A stretch of DNA of 63,705 nucleotides, filler included, from Rhabdomonas costata (Eukaryota): assembly GCA_019059605.1 (NCBI GenBank). It is 29 parts of 29 records of this genome, joined end to end, with 100 filler letters (N's around TTAATTAATTAA, not from the genome) between each part and the next. Parts side by side here need not be neighbours in the genome. Positions count along the whole stretch, not along the records: positions 21,982 to 24,079 come from JAHMHO010005666.1; positions 24,180 to 26,277 come from JAHMHO010005667.1; positions 26,378 to 28,475 come from JAHMHO010005668.1; positions 28,576 to 30,673 come from JAHMHO010005669.1; positions 30,774 to 32,871 come from JAHMHO010005670.1; positions 32,972 to 35,066 come from JAHMHO010005671.1; positions 35,167 to 37,264 come from JAHMHO010005672.1; 22 more parts are not named here. One strand, written 5' to 3'. Positions within the stretch are counted from its first letter, which is position 1. Each line of letters starts with the position of its first letter. The notes beneath the pieces were generated by a model. It was given only the letters and a program-made list of their open reading frames with translations, was not told where the DNA came from and made no database searches. The translations under genes and the position numbers were made by a program. Of the stretch, positions 23,913-36,178 are shown piece by piece.

Positions 23913-25299
23913 GTTTTCCGGCACTGCATCATGGGTGGTTGCAATTTTTGAATTGTTCTCGAAGTCTGTGATTGGGTTTGTCTTTGAAACCTATTTTGCG
24001 ATTCGCTACGCCACGCGAGAGCACTCCGAATACGGATATCCTTTTCCTTGAAAGCAATTATAGCCGTTAAACAACCAACNNNNNNNNNNNNNNNNNNNNN
24101 NNNNNNNNNNNNNNNNNNNNNNNTTAATTAATTAANNNNNNNNNNNNNNNNNNNNNNNNNNNNNNNNNNNNNNNNNNNNGCTCCGCCCAACCGAAATTGC
24201 CCTGCCGCCCAAGTGCTGCACGAGGGCATTCCTTGATTCCTTGAGTCACAGGCGCTTGTTGAGGGGCAGCCTGCGATCCGCACGATACCTACGAATCGAT
24301 TCAGCACACAGGAGCTCAGGGCCTCTCGTCGTTAGTGATGCAACTGACTGGTTTTGGCTATGCAGGCGTGATGTTAAAAGGAAGGTGCTGTTAGAGCGTC
24401 CGTGTGTAGTCGAGTACGCTGTGTTGGTTGTCTATGCGCACCGATGAGCCTCTCACTGCTGATTCCCTGGGGTTGTGTGTAACAGAGCGCGAGACGAACT
24501 AAGTGTGATCTGTTGTGGTTGTCATCTCCTGGTCAGGTGTTATTTCCCAGCACTCTTTTCTGCAGCATGCCTCATACCCTGGCTCTTTTTCTACCACTGC
24601 TACTTCTGAGCTGGAATCTGTTCACCTCTCTTTCTTGCGCAGGTTGGGCTAAAGCTGTACCACCTTCTCCTCCGCAGCTGTGGCACCGCCCCTGCAGAAT
24701 CCCCTGTCGGGATTACAGACCGCGGGGGAAGATGAGTGTCCTGCTCACTCAAACAAGACCGTTACTGAAAAGGAGCTGCGGTCTTGCCAAGAGCTCAAAA
24801 TAATCAGATGAGGATCGAAGGGTTGGTGGGGATATGACCTTTGTCGGGAGTCTTGCTTGCTACGCAAGATGATCAGTCACCGTTGCGTTAAGTGGGGGTT
24901 TGAGTGAGCTCGGTGAGTTGGGTGGATGCATCACAAGGATTCAGGTTTGTGCAATTAATGCTCCCCTGAGTACTTCTGTAGTATTCTCGTCTCCAGGCTC
25001 ATCTCCTTGTAAGCAACTTGGTTACTCAGAATGTGCTTTTGCACCGTGCAACCAGTTGTCTCGCTTCGGTCCTATAGCGTTGTAGTAATGGCTATTTGCG
25101 GTGCATTGGGCTTCTGGAGCCTCGAAGCAGGCTGGGACTCGTCCGTTCAATCCAAGTGGTGCCAGTTCCGGTGCGATGCATCTGTATCTTCCCGATTGTT
25201 GTCGATAAATAATAGCAGATGCGTATGCAAACTTCCAAGAGAACACCGACGATACTGCGATACCACTAAACCAAAGCGCAGTATTTTCTTTTTGCGGGG

Positions 25300-26030
25300 C
25301 TTAAAAAAAGCAAAGGATCGATATTTGGAGGAGCGTTTCCATGGCGTCATCGCTTGCTTGGGTGGCTGCTCGCGTGTTCGTGGTGTTTGTTTGTGTAAAT
25401 TACCGTTTTTTCTTGCTTTGTCTCGAGAAGGGCGAAACCGTCTCCCTTCCTTTTGTTTCCCCTGACCTGCCGAGGTACTGTTCCGGGGGTGACAGTCTGT
25501 GCAGTTAACAGTGTGCGCTGCGATGCGCAGTGGTCACACTTACCACCATTGAGCGTGATGATCCCAATGAGCTGTGGAGCCCAGAAGCTGACATAGGGTG
25601 CATACCCCTAAATCACCGCCCTACTCCGGACTGAGCGTTGGGCAAACGTTTGCTTTACCATGGGCTGTGAACGTCTATTCAGAGATGATTGCAAAGAGGG
25701 AGCTATCCGATGTGCAAATGTTGCTTTTGGGAAATGGGTGCCTGTCAAGCGTTCAGCAGGGCTTTGCCTGGCGATTGAATTCTAAGATTTGGGTGTGTGG
25801 CAGGAACTGAAATTGGAAGGAGAGAGGTAACCTCCTGTATTCTTTGTGGTTTGAGTTTGCTGAAAGACTCTTCGTTTGTGCGTTGAAATGCTGCGATGGA
25901 GATTTTTTTCTGTTTCTGTTGTTGGTTTTCACTACGGTGTTGTACTTTGATAAGGTTCTTCTTTTCTAACTGTCGTGTTTGACCAATATGCAGATGCCGC
26001 GGCTTGCAGTACGGTGGTTTGTTCATAATG
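25300..26030 (-). mobile_element. Decayed LINE (L1/Tx1-like) AP-endonuclease region
   Basis: Motif remnants in the expected order across stops and frameshifts: SRGICILVK (~26000), TFTAHG (~25670), CDHCA (SDH-like, ~25535), PWK (~25340). Confidence 0.4.
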
Positions 26031-27154
26031 CTTCGCCTAATTTGCGAGCGATTAGCGCTGGTGGCACGGCTTTGAATTTTGCTCTCGTGTTCTCTCGCCG
26101 ATGTTTGACGTCCAATGCAACTGGTTCCTCGACAGGATCTCTGGACAATACACCATTTCCTTCCAGTAAAGCATGTGATGGTGCACCTTCTGTGATTGGT
26201 CGAGGGTCCCAGCTTTCAGGAAGTTTTATCCAGCTGTGCCGAAGCATTCGGAGCCAGGTTTCTCTTGAACAACAAAANNNNNNNNNNNNNNNNNNNNNNN
26301 NNNNNNNNNNNNNNNNNNNNNTTAATTAATTAANNNNNNNNNNNNNNNNNNNNNNNNNNNNNNNNNNNNNNNNNNNNGGTTTGGTTTTTGTTCTTCTTTT
26401 GCTTCAAAAAACACGGAGATCTTTGTTAGTGGTGATGGGAAAATGAATGGCCTGAGTTGCATGCTCGCCCCATAAATGTAGTTCGGCATTGCTGGAACAT
26501 AACAAAGAAGCATAACCGTATGATCGAAAATGGTGTCTGCCCTTGAGGACAGAGGCTACGGAAAGTAGTGTGGCATTGGGGCAATTGTTTCCGTATGTGT
26601 AGCGGTGCATGGGCTGGTCTACCCAAAAACATGGGTTTCGTTGACTTAAGGGGCGGGTTGGTGGTTCTTGAGCCGAGTCACGGCGCTTGAACACTTCCCG
26701 CTTAGGGGTGGCGGAGGTGCACTCGTGGTCATTTGGGGATTTACCTTGTTTGGTAACAGACCACCTGCCCATGTCTCCTTGTTACAGAAGTCGTGTTTCA
26801 ATTAGGGGCTGTATTTTAGGTGTGTTCAGGTTGAGACTGGATTCTTTGCGGTTGTGTTGCACGCCAAGCTCTCCCTTGCTGTGGGATCCTTCTGCCTTGA
26901 GCGTGCAGCACTTTTCTTTTGCAGTAACGAAGGAGGTCGCAGGAAATGCTGTAAGGTTTCCTTGGCGGGTGTGGCAGAAATCCTTCTGTTACTGTCCTTC
27001 ACAGCGATTCTGTCAGATCTATCAGTCTGAGTGTCCTTTTTGCTTTGATCACCTGGAACCATGGAACGTGCGCACACCAGGTGAAGGCTTAGTTCGTCGT
27101 CCGTGTGGATTTGCAAGGTGTGAGCAGACGCTGGTGTCAGGTCAGGTTCACAGT

Positions 27155-27739
27155 ATGGCTCTTCCGGCGGCGGGCTCCCCTGTGGTTCCTCCCGAGGAAT
27201 ACGTCCGGGAGGAGTTCCTTGGCGGCGGAGCCTACGGGCAGGTCTTCAAGGTCAGCCGGGTTCGCGATGGCCACCCATTTGTCCTGAAACAGGTGCCTTT
27301 CTGTTTGGGTTGGATTTTCCAACGGCCCAGCGGGCGCGCACGTGAATAAATAATTGCTGAAATGCTGGCAATGGTGCTCCCTTCACTCCTAGTTGCTCGT
27401 CCAAAAAGCAATGGATATTGCCTTCAAAACTTGCTGCCTTGTCACCTGAAAACCTCAGAGCAGGACGTGCTCGTGTGTTTGCCCTCAATAACCTCCCTGG
27501 TTCAGCGTCTCTGCCAGAATCTTGCAGTGATGCCATTGTTAGGTGTGGTGGTGGCATTGCGTGTGTGTTTGTGTTTGTGGGTTGGGGTTTGCACACAGGT
27601 TAGGATCGCGGAGCTCTCGGAACGGGAACGGCTGGAAACCCTGAATGAGGTGCAGGTGCTGCGGACCTGCCAGCACTTCAATATCATTCAGTACTGCGAC
27701 AGCTTCATCCGCGGAGACGAACTGAACATTATCATGGAG
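27155..27739 (+). CDS. NIMA-related (NEK) Ser/Thr kinase, first two exons 27155-27292 and 27599-27739
   Basis: LGGGAYGQVFKV...FVLKQ|VRIAELSERERLETLNEVQVLRTCQHFNIIQYCDSFIRGDELNIIME covers kinase subdomains I-V with a NEK-like signature. Confidence 0.9.
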
Positions 27740-28254
27740 GCATGCCCCCCTGGCCCTGCATCTTTCCTTTCCACCTCTACCAGTCGCTAGAAGCGGTGCT
27801 GGCACAATTTTCAGTAGGTCCAGGTTCACAGAATCCTATTCAGACTGAAGTGTACCCAAACCTCGTCTTGCTTGCGAAGCACACCTTGCATCCATGGCAA
27901 GAGCAAAAAAAATATCTGTGGGGAGGGAAGGTATGCTAAACAGTGTAGGCTGAAGGATCAGGCTCGGTTTGCAGGCCTGCAAAGGTGCCAAATGGCTGGC
28001 TCTTACAAAGTAGTGTAAGTGTATGTGCGTGTGTGTTTTGGGCCCCCGTACCAATGGTATCTGGGTTTTGGGTTCCCCTCGGATTTCAATAAAAGCTATG
28101 CAGGGTTTTAAGGGGCCCGTGCTCACTGGAATTCCAATAGAGGCGGATCATTTCAGGATGTCTTGGGCCCAAGATCATAGGTATTTAATGTAGAATCAGT
28201 ATTTAATGTAAGATTTTTTTTGGGGGGGGAGGGGGGGTTGTACGTGCACCAGTG

Positions 28255-28304
28255 GTGGTACCCGGGTACCACGGGTGCGGGTACCACGGGTGCCGGTTAC
28301 CACC
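28255..28304. repeat. Perfect 18-bp palindrome followed by 15-bp direct repeats
   Basis: GTGGTACCCGGGTACCAC at 28255-28272; CGGGTACCACGGGTG twice, plus a degenerate third copy. Confidence 0.9.
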
Positions 28305-28574
28305 CTCCCCACGCACACACTGCTTTACACGACCCAAAAGGCTCGAATGCTACTTAATGACAGCACATTGACCATGAGACCATGCTCCAACGAAGCGGGG
28401 TGCTAGCGTCCTGCGGAGCTGACAAACACAAACAGCTGCACTGTGATGCTTGCAATGGGTAAGACGAGAATCCTTNNNNNNNNNNNNNNNNNNNNNNNNN
28501 NNNNNNNNNNNNNNNNNNNTTAATTAATTAANNNNNNNNNNNNNNNNNNNNNNNNNNNNNNNNNNNNNNNNNNN

Positions 28575-29056
28575 NGTGGGTTGTTGCACACTGTGGAATT
28601 AAACCAGATGAATGAAGCTAAGCTATAAAACGGAATGTATGCCACCCCCCGGCCAGGCCACCCATGGAGACCAGGCCAGACCAACATCGAAATGCTGTAC
28701 GTGTCCATCACACCCAACGTCTGAGAAACAGTCATTGGCCACCAGAACTTCAGTGCGTTTACAAAGTTGTCCATCCGAAGCCCTCCATGCAAGAAGTACA
28801 GCGACTCCGCGTTGTTAAGCATGTGGCCAATCTCAAACTTTGACACGAGGAGATTGACGACGGTCTGCGCGGACTCCTGCATATCCACTTGAGCAAGGTC
28901 CCGCAGGCTCTGCTGGCTCTGCACGTAGGTCAGGTAGAACCCCAGGAAGCCCGCAATGGCCATCAGAGCGATGAAGGAGACCGTTAGCAGGACTTTGAGA
29001 GAGAAGAGGTGGGAGTGGAGCTTGCGGCATCCCGCCGCAGCGCTCGGGAACGCCAT
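28575..29056 (-). CDS. N-terminus of a membrane sensor/receptor protein (TM helix then extracellular region); possibly a receptor nucleotidyl cyclase
   Basis: MAFPSAAAG...SLKVLLTVSFIALMAIAGFLGFYLTYVQSQQSLRDLA, a TM1-plus-helix layout seen in Cache-type sensors. No catalytic domain is visible. Confidence 0.55.
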
Positions 29057-30845
29057 TCTGCGCAGCGCAGGGTGGCTAATTTTGAATAAAGAAAGCAGTT
29101 TAAAAAAGAACAGGCATGCAGCCAAAACTCGTCCAGTGAGGGGAATAGGCAATGGAAGGTCTGTGCCGTTGCTGTTTCAGAACACTAGCTGCTATCCAAT
29201 GGTTCCTGGCGAAAACGGTTGGCTGCGGAGACCGTGGTTCCTGAAAAAAGAGGGTCTATTTTTCTAAATGCAATCCCGCCAGCCATCCCAATTTCACTTT
29301 GCTGCTTGAGGTGCCGTGTTCAGACAGTGCCTCAAAAATTCATACAGCTGCTGGGTAATACCCACTACGATGACACCTGGAAGACAAGTTCCTAGAATTC
29401 TCTCGATGCGCCTGCCGATATTGAGCAGCTTAGCGCAATCCGTTCCGTAAGTCCACCTGTCTGCGTGTTGAACGGAAAAACATTACCAAAACGGAGTACC
29501 ATCAAAGGACCCACAGCGGAAAAGACTGGGCGCAAACCCGAACGAAGAGGATCGGATACTTGGGCGCAGACACACAAGGGGAGACGGGCCGCGACGCACA
29601 CTGAATGCGCGAAATAAAGACATAGTGCTCACTCAACTTTCATCATAGCAAGGAGACTGCCAGCCCTGGAGGAGGCAGGGGGACGTGGGACCGCAGATCT
29701 GTGCAGATGAAGGGGCACCAAGCATTCCAGACTCGAGGCATGCGCTCGTAAGTAAGGTAGTGCCAGTGGGACCTTCGTGGGGTGGAACACGGTGAAGTGG
29801 TGTTTTGTGCCCCAATAGCAAGCGACAGCGGGTCGGATGAATTCCACTAAAGAATGAAAAAGGGCAAGACGAGAGGACGATGGGGAGAGCGGTGGAAGGC
29901 ACGAACATGTGCGTCCCTAGGCACACATGAGAGAAGCTGAGAGCAGTGCAAAAGAGTGGTGTGATACGCAAACTGAAAGCAGTAAATCTTGCTCTCACTC
30001 GGCAACATTCGTCATCCAGTTTCCCAAGAAGAAATGACTTGCGACCACGAAAACCGAGCAGGGCACGGTCAAAAGGGCTTACGGCGCAGGGGAGGCAGGG
30101 GAGGCAGGGGAGGGACCGAGGAGATCGCGCAACGATACCTGTTGATGGTGGTGATGAATGATTAACCACAGACACTACTTCAGATTAGTGAGCACTGAGA
30201 AATTTCCATCGGGTTAAGAGGAAGGGTGTAGATAACCCGAATGATGATTTGCAAGTTCCGATGCTGAATTTACACAACGCTGAGCTGTTTACGGAGCAGA
30301 GTCAATTTGTGGGACAGAAGCCATCTTTGAAGATCAGTTCTACTTTTTGCAGGGAATAGTAATCAAAATATTTGTTTGTTGGAAATGAATTTAGCCGCTA
30401 TTCCTGGCTTCTAGTGCCGATGCATGTTGGTCAGCCTCCACATTGATCCAAGGGGAGAGGGGAATGGTTTAGCCCGTGGGCGGGGGAGATTGCACTGCGA
30501 GCGAGGAAAGTTATCACATGTAATTTCCGCTAGCAATAATAACCACAAAATATCGTTGCAACAGGAGGACAACGGGAGGGGAGGGAAGATCTAAAAATAG
30601 CACACAACCCAGAAAAGATCCGCCCGGGCGAATGGTTTGGCAGAGCAACATTATTGGGCGGCAACCCCAAAAANNNNNNNNNNNNNNNNNNNNNNNNNNN
30701 NNNNNNNNNNNNNNNNNTTAATTAATTAANNNNNNNNNNNNNNNNNNNNNNNNNNNNNNNNNNNNNNNNNNNNGGGTTTGGCGCAAAGGTTGTTGTTGCG
30801 GCGCTGTATCAAAATGATGGAGGACTTACGGGCACCTTAGAGTAC

Positions 30846-30923
30846 CTTGTCGTAGACGCTGAGCAAGGTGTTGAAGGTGACGGCATCAGGGGAGAGGCCA
30901 GCTTTCTGCATCAGCTCCACCAC
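30846..30923 (-). CDS. Pentatricopeptide-repeat (PPR) protein exon
   Basis: cag|VVELMQKAGLSPDAVTFNTLLSVYDK|gt matches the PPR consensus M...G+.PD.+T+N.L+..Y.K. Confidence 0.9.
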
Positions 30924-31390
30924 CTGTCCCCAATCACGCCCACGTGCTCATATATGCGGCATAAAGCCTTTGCATGCGGTCCACCAAAATATCATTCGAA
31001 GTCGTTACCATGCTCAAAATGTGTTGTGACAAGAGTTTCCATCCCTGGAAAAATTACCCAGCCTGCAAATCGGGCAAATACTTTTGACGACTACCGTGCA
31101 CCCCACCAACACCAACACTACCACTACCGTTCCACCACTCACGTTCAACATGGGTGTCATAAAAAAGAAATGGGAACCAGGGTTAAACTGTCAGGAACGC
31201 GGGAGGGATCAGAGAGGGGCAAACCGAACCCATCCAGGAGGGCGTTGTAATACTTCAGGCCCTCTCCGAGGTCAGCAATTAAGGCGATCGACGGCACCCC
31301 GCTGCTTTCGAGCCTTTGCTTTGGCGACGTCTGCAGCGTAGAAACTGCAGGGGCGCAACTCTGGGCCCTTCACCACGACGAATTGGAATC

Positions 31391-31826
31391 ATGGGAGGCC
31401 CCCACGCACCTCCGGCAAGAAAGATACTGCTCGCATTGTTATGTTACCGCTGTGATCGTCTCTTTCTTGATTTTTCTTTTCCAGGTTGTGGTGACTTCTT
31501 ACTTCAGCTACGCCACAGTTTTTGTGACTGGTTGTGTAGAGGATCTTCTGTTGCGACTGCAAAAGTTTGTGCAGAGAAAGTCTTCGCCAGACCAGGTCAG
31601 CGTCTTTTGTTGTGTCCGGAAGGTCGATTTTTCAATTGGATTTCTTACAAATTCCCCCCCCCTTTTTTCAGGGATACGCTTCACTTTTGCGAGACTTTGA
31701 TGACTTCTGGAACCGGCAAGCATATGGTCGGATTCATGACGCCTGGAACAGACCTTTAGATTCGAAGCCCGGAACGGCATTTTGTGTTTTGGGCCGCAAC
31801 CGAAACAATCCGAGAAATCTTGCAGA
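31391..31826 (+). CDS. LCB2: Serine palmitoyltransferase subunit LCB2/SPT2, 5' exons 31391-31414, 31485-31595, 31672-31826
   Basis: VVTSYFSYATVFVTGCVEDLL...|GYASLLRDFDDFWNRQAYGRIHDAWNRPLDSKPG matches the LCB2 N-terminus (F..F+.R..Y.RI.D.WNRP+.S.PG). Exon 1 is less certain. Confidence 0.88.
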
Positions 31827-32577
31827 GTATGCGCTTTGTTTGTGGTTTGATGCTGACCACTTAATGTTGAATTTTGAAATTATTTCAGTCAAATTGCTAA
31901 AGTTCGGGCAAATCGCTTCAATAGCGGGAAGACCAGCTCACTGCCAACAGCTCCCTTCCCTTCCCTTTGCCTTTTTAACCACGAAGCTTCACAACTTCTT
32001 TTTTAGAACTTTTTTCTTACGTTATGTCACTGCAGAAAAAAATTTATGTCCAATGAACAAGGCGGCATCGCCCACGGGAAGGTCGTGCAGACAAAGAAAG
32101 AATTTGAGAGAGATTGGGTGTGAGGCTGAGAGGAGAGGGCGGGAGATGAAACGGCCTTTTTTGTTGGCATGGATCCCAAATATGTGTTATAGGTAGGGTG
32201 GATACGTTTTTGGCACAGATTTAAATGATGGGGGCCCTGTGCAGTGAATGTGGCTCACGACATTCTGTATTGCCCCCGTTCGCCCAGTCACTAATCTTGT
32301 CTGCAACAGTCTTGAGCGTCTGCTTCCCGTTTTTCACCACGCAAAGCTTGTCAGAGCACACTAGAATCGTAACTTTCCAAATGTAACCGAATTCGGAATC
32401 AATGAAACTTTTTAATTGGGGGCTCCCCCCCCCCCTCTTTTTGAAAGCTCGCTTTGGGTCGTGGCACCTCCGGCCCTCACTGCGAGCTTGTTGACAACGA
32501 TTCTCCGTTTCCGCTGCCAGTAACACAAACAAAAACGAAAGCACAACAAAGACGTGGGCGCCGGAAGGGAAGAGACT

Positions 32578-32735
32578 CCTCACGGCGTTGCTTGGACGTA
32601 TGGCCCTTGGGCTGAGTTGACCCCCGCCGCCTTTCGAGGGGGCCTGCGCTGGATTCTTGGCATTCCACTTCGAGGAGGCGACTATAGATGCCCGGCGTGC
32701 CATGCTCCTCCAGGACAGGGCTTGGGCCTGCATTG
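32578..32735 (+). mobile_element. Fragment of an RLE-type (CRE-like) non-LTR retrotransposon: post-RT linker and zinc knuckle
   Basis: AWTYGPWAELTPAAFRGGLRWILGIPLRGGDYRCPACH...GLGLH fits W...P...L....F...LR..LG.P....CP.C......G.H. Confidence 0.65.
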
Positions 32736-34025
32736 TTTGTTGTTTCCTAACTCTCTGCCTTCAGAACATAGAGACTCCCGGCAAGTACAGAAGGTTCCCA
32801 GTGTGGCCTTGGCCGGAGCAGCGCCTCTCTTTCTCTCTTCTGGCTACCGGCTCAGACCTGTGACAAAAAACNNNNNNNNNNNNNNNNNNNNNNNNNNNNN
32901 NNNNNNNNNNNNNNNTTAATTAATTAANNNNNNNNNNNNNNNNNNNNNNNNNNNNNNNNNNNNNNNNNNNNACTGGTTGACCGGTTGGTGGTGACTGGGG
33001 ACTGACTGGCCCACGCGCTGTTGTGTGTGTGTGTGTGTGTGTGCGAGAGAGGGGGGGGGTGCGAGTGGCGAGGCAGACACCAAAGAAATTGAGCAGGCTA
33101 AGCGCCCCCAAAGAGACGGTGGCGGCAGACGCCTCTCGGACATCCCTCCGAGGAATAGGTATGCCTGAATCCAGAAGGAGGCAGAGGGTGAGCGAGAGGG
33201 GTAGAGAATGTGTGTTGTGGAGAAAGGAAATCCCGGCAGCTCGCAAAGATCTATCCTCGGCCCATAAAGGACCGATTCTCACGGCTTCGGATGCGCGCGC
33301 TTCGCAGTTTAGCCGAACCCCAAACCGCGCCAACAAGAGGGTCAGTATATCACAGCAGAGAAAGAAATTCGAACACATGCTAATTTGAACATCAATGTGA
33401 TCATCATCGCTCGACCGGCCCATTGAGACCGTGGGGGGAGTAAAATGTATACCGCTGGGGTGACGATTGGCCACGGCGCAAATATATACATGTTGTAGGA
33501 AAAGTAGCAGCACCGTCGTCACACACAAGACGCATGAGCTAATAAGCGTGGGAGGGGGGAAGGGGGGGAACTCAGGTGCTGGCTCGTCGACAACTCCCAT
33601 CCACATGCGAAAACCAGAACACCACTGGGTTCTTGGTTACAACACCACATTTCACAAATGCCGTTAAACTTCCTGTCTTCCCAGACGTCCGGCGATGACT
33701 CCACTCCCCATCCAAGCGTCACTTTATTCCCGCACACCGTGGAGCAAGTGGAGTTTGACGGCACTCTGCCCTTTGGCGGAAGAACTTCGCCGGAAGAGAG
33801 GGGCGCGTATCTGTGCAGAACCAGACCCAGACACATTCTACCTGGGCTTCAGAACCCCAATCGAACAAAAACGAAGTTAATCCTTTACCCTTTAACCCTT
33901 TGCACGGAGCAGGGTCATTAAGAATGTCCACTGCGGAAGAGGTCCATCACTCCGGCTTACCTGAGAGAGTTGGAACGGTTGGAATTTCTGAAGCACCATG
34001 TGATTTACACCAGCCCCATCTCTTT

Positions 34026-34076
34026 TTCTGTGGTGGTTGCTCTTCGTCTCACCCGAAACAAAGAGCAAAAGGCGAC
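34026..34076. repeat. Dispersed ~50-bp hairpin element, copy 1
   Basis: TTCTGTGGTGGTTGCTCTTCGTCTCACCCGAAACAAAGAGCAAAAGGCGAC, nearly identical to 36844-36895. Confidence 0.9.
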
Positions 34077-36086
34077 CCCATCTCAGACAAACCCCTCCAC
34101 CTCTCCGTCTAACCTGTGGGGGGAGGTCAAGCACCTCCGCGGAAACGAACACGCCCGCAGCAACTCGGGGAGCTGACAGGCTCCGTGCGGGTATCGAGAG
34201 CCTGTGCCTCCCGGCGTCACAAAGAGTCCAAGGGAAACTCCTTTTCTGGGAGGGACTGTCCCAGCTCCCTGCAGAGGGAAACAGCCCCTTTGGATCAAAA
34301 AACCGAGCCCATGAAGCGAGCTCAGCAGGGATCTTACAAGCCTCGGAGGGTTGTGGTTCAGATCTGGAGGATGGGTGCTATTTGCTCTGCCCCCCGTTTT
34401 CAAACCTTTGGTCCGTCGCCCATTATATTTCTCCCCTTACCTTCTTCGCCATGATCTTGATTATATTTCCTTTTTGCAGCTCTTTTTTTGTCGCACGCTT
34501 GCTTGTCACGAGGTGGCTTCTGGTGATTTAGCTTTGGCTTCGTTTTCTCTTGTGCCGATGATTTATTTGGTTTCCGCGGAATTAACGGATTTCCGTACGG
34601 TAAGTTCACAGTGTGGCCTCGGCCGGGGCAGTCTCTCACTCTCACTCTCACTCTCTTACTCTTTTGGTGAGAAAGAGTTAGAGCCGGATCCTTGACGATG
34701 ACACTCTTTTAAATAAGTGGGAGAGAGGGTCCCCTCTTTGTCTCGTAGGTGCTGTGTGGTGGACAGAGCCGCAACCTCTGGCGATCCCCGTGGGGAGCTG
34801 GGTGTAGCGCGCACTCCTTGTTTGATCACCCGTTCTTCATCCTCTTCCGACGAAATCCCAATGAAGCTGGGCGCCAGATGACGCGCGCGCTGTTCTGAGG
34901 TATTTTTTGGGAGGCCCCCCGCCCTCGATACCAACCGCTACCGACGTAGTCAAGGATCCTGTGTTTTATTTTTGGATTCAACGGATTTCCGTTGAATCTT
35001 TGTAGCAAAGTTTGCTTCTGTGCTGTTGCGAAGCATTGGGCATAGAACAGCGCTTACCCCCCCACCNNNNNNNNNNNNNNNNNNNNNNNNNNNNNNNNNN
35101 NNNNNNNNNNTTAATTAATTAANNNNNNNNNNNNNNNNNNNNNNNNNNNNNNNNNNNNNNNNNNNNTTTTGTTTTTGGTGCATTTTGAGGACAATGTTTA
35201 AACGGATTTTGCTTTTGGGAGTGAGGTGGGGGCTCCGCGCAGGCCTCCCTTTGACACTCGCAGGCCTCAGGAAGCGAAAGTGGCCAGGTCCTGCTTTTTC
35301 GCACACAGTTCTGCGAGCGGATTGCCTCCTTAAGGCAGAGGTTACGTCGTAGGGATGAGCTTGCACAGCGCCTGGAGGGGGCGCTGCTGCTCTCCCACGA
35401 TCCCCTGCAGGCCCCTGCATCTGCTGCCCCCGAGGCGGGCAAGGTGCAGGCCCAGACCAGCGTGCCCGCCGCTCTGTCCCCGCAGGGGTGCTCCCCTGTG
35501 AGCTCAGCTTTGATGCCTCTGTTCCACCTCTTGCTGCACAGGCTGGGCAAGCCCTTTCTACGCGCCGGACCAGGAATAACCCTCTCCCCTCTCTATGTCC
35601 TCTATGTCCCTTGGCTTTGCAAGTGCATGTACACACCCACCCCTTCACTCAGACGCATTTTTTGCTGTTTTCTCACTGTTAGGCTGTCGCCATGCTTTCG
35701 TGCGGCTTGCATGCTGGATTTAGTGAGCATGTGAGCAAAATTGAACCCCAAGGTTTCTGTCAAGGGAGTTTCGAGCCACGCAAACCAAAGCCGTTTTAAC
35801 GGAGTTTTTAGATTCGCTCACCTCCGTTTCATCCCGTTGTGGGAAAGGAATTGAAAACACCGTGACCTTCATCGGGCGGTACAACAAAACATGCCGTGGA
35901 AGATATAATGTCTGCAGAACTGGGGTGGGGTGCGAGGGGTTCGGGAACAAATATGTCCAAAGAAAGGATGTGCTGACGGAGAAAGGAGACTTTTGGGAAA
36001 CATCATATCATCCAAATAACAGGATAAGCTTTGGCCGGGACGTGGTTGCGGCCTCCATGTGTATTTCCTATTTGGGGGCACCGCAG

Positions 36087-36178
36087 TGGAGCAGCTAAAG
36101 GTGCGCTCGGAGATCCGAAAGGCGGTGTTCCTGGTGGATGGCTCCCAGCACACGATTCTGCTGCGGGTGCTCCGTGAG
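36087..36178 (+). CDS. Probable internal exon of an unidentified gene
   Basis: cag|..EQLKVRSEIRKAVFLVDGSQHTILLRVLRE|gt, GC3-rich. Confidence 0.45.
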
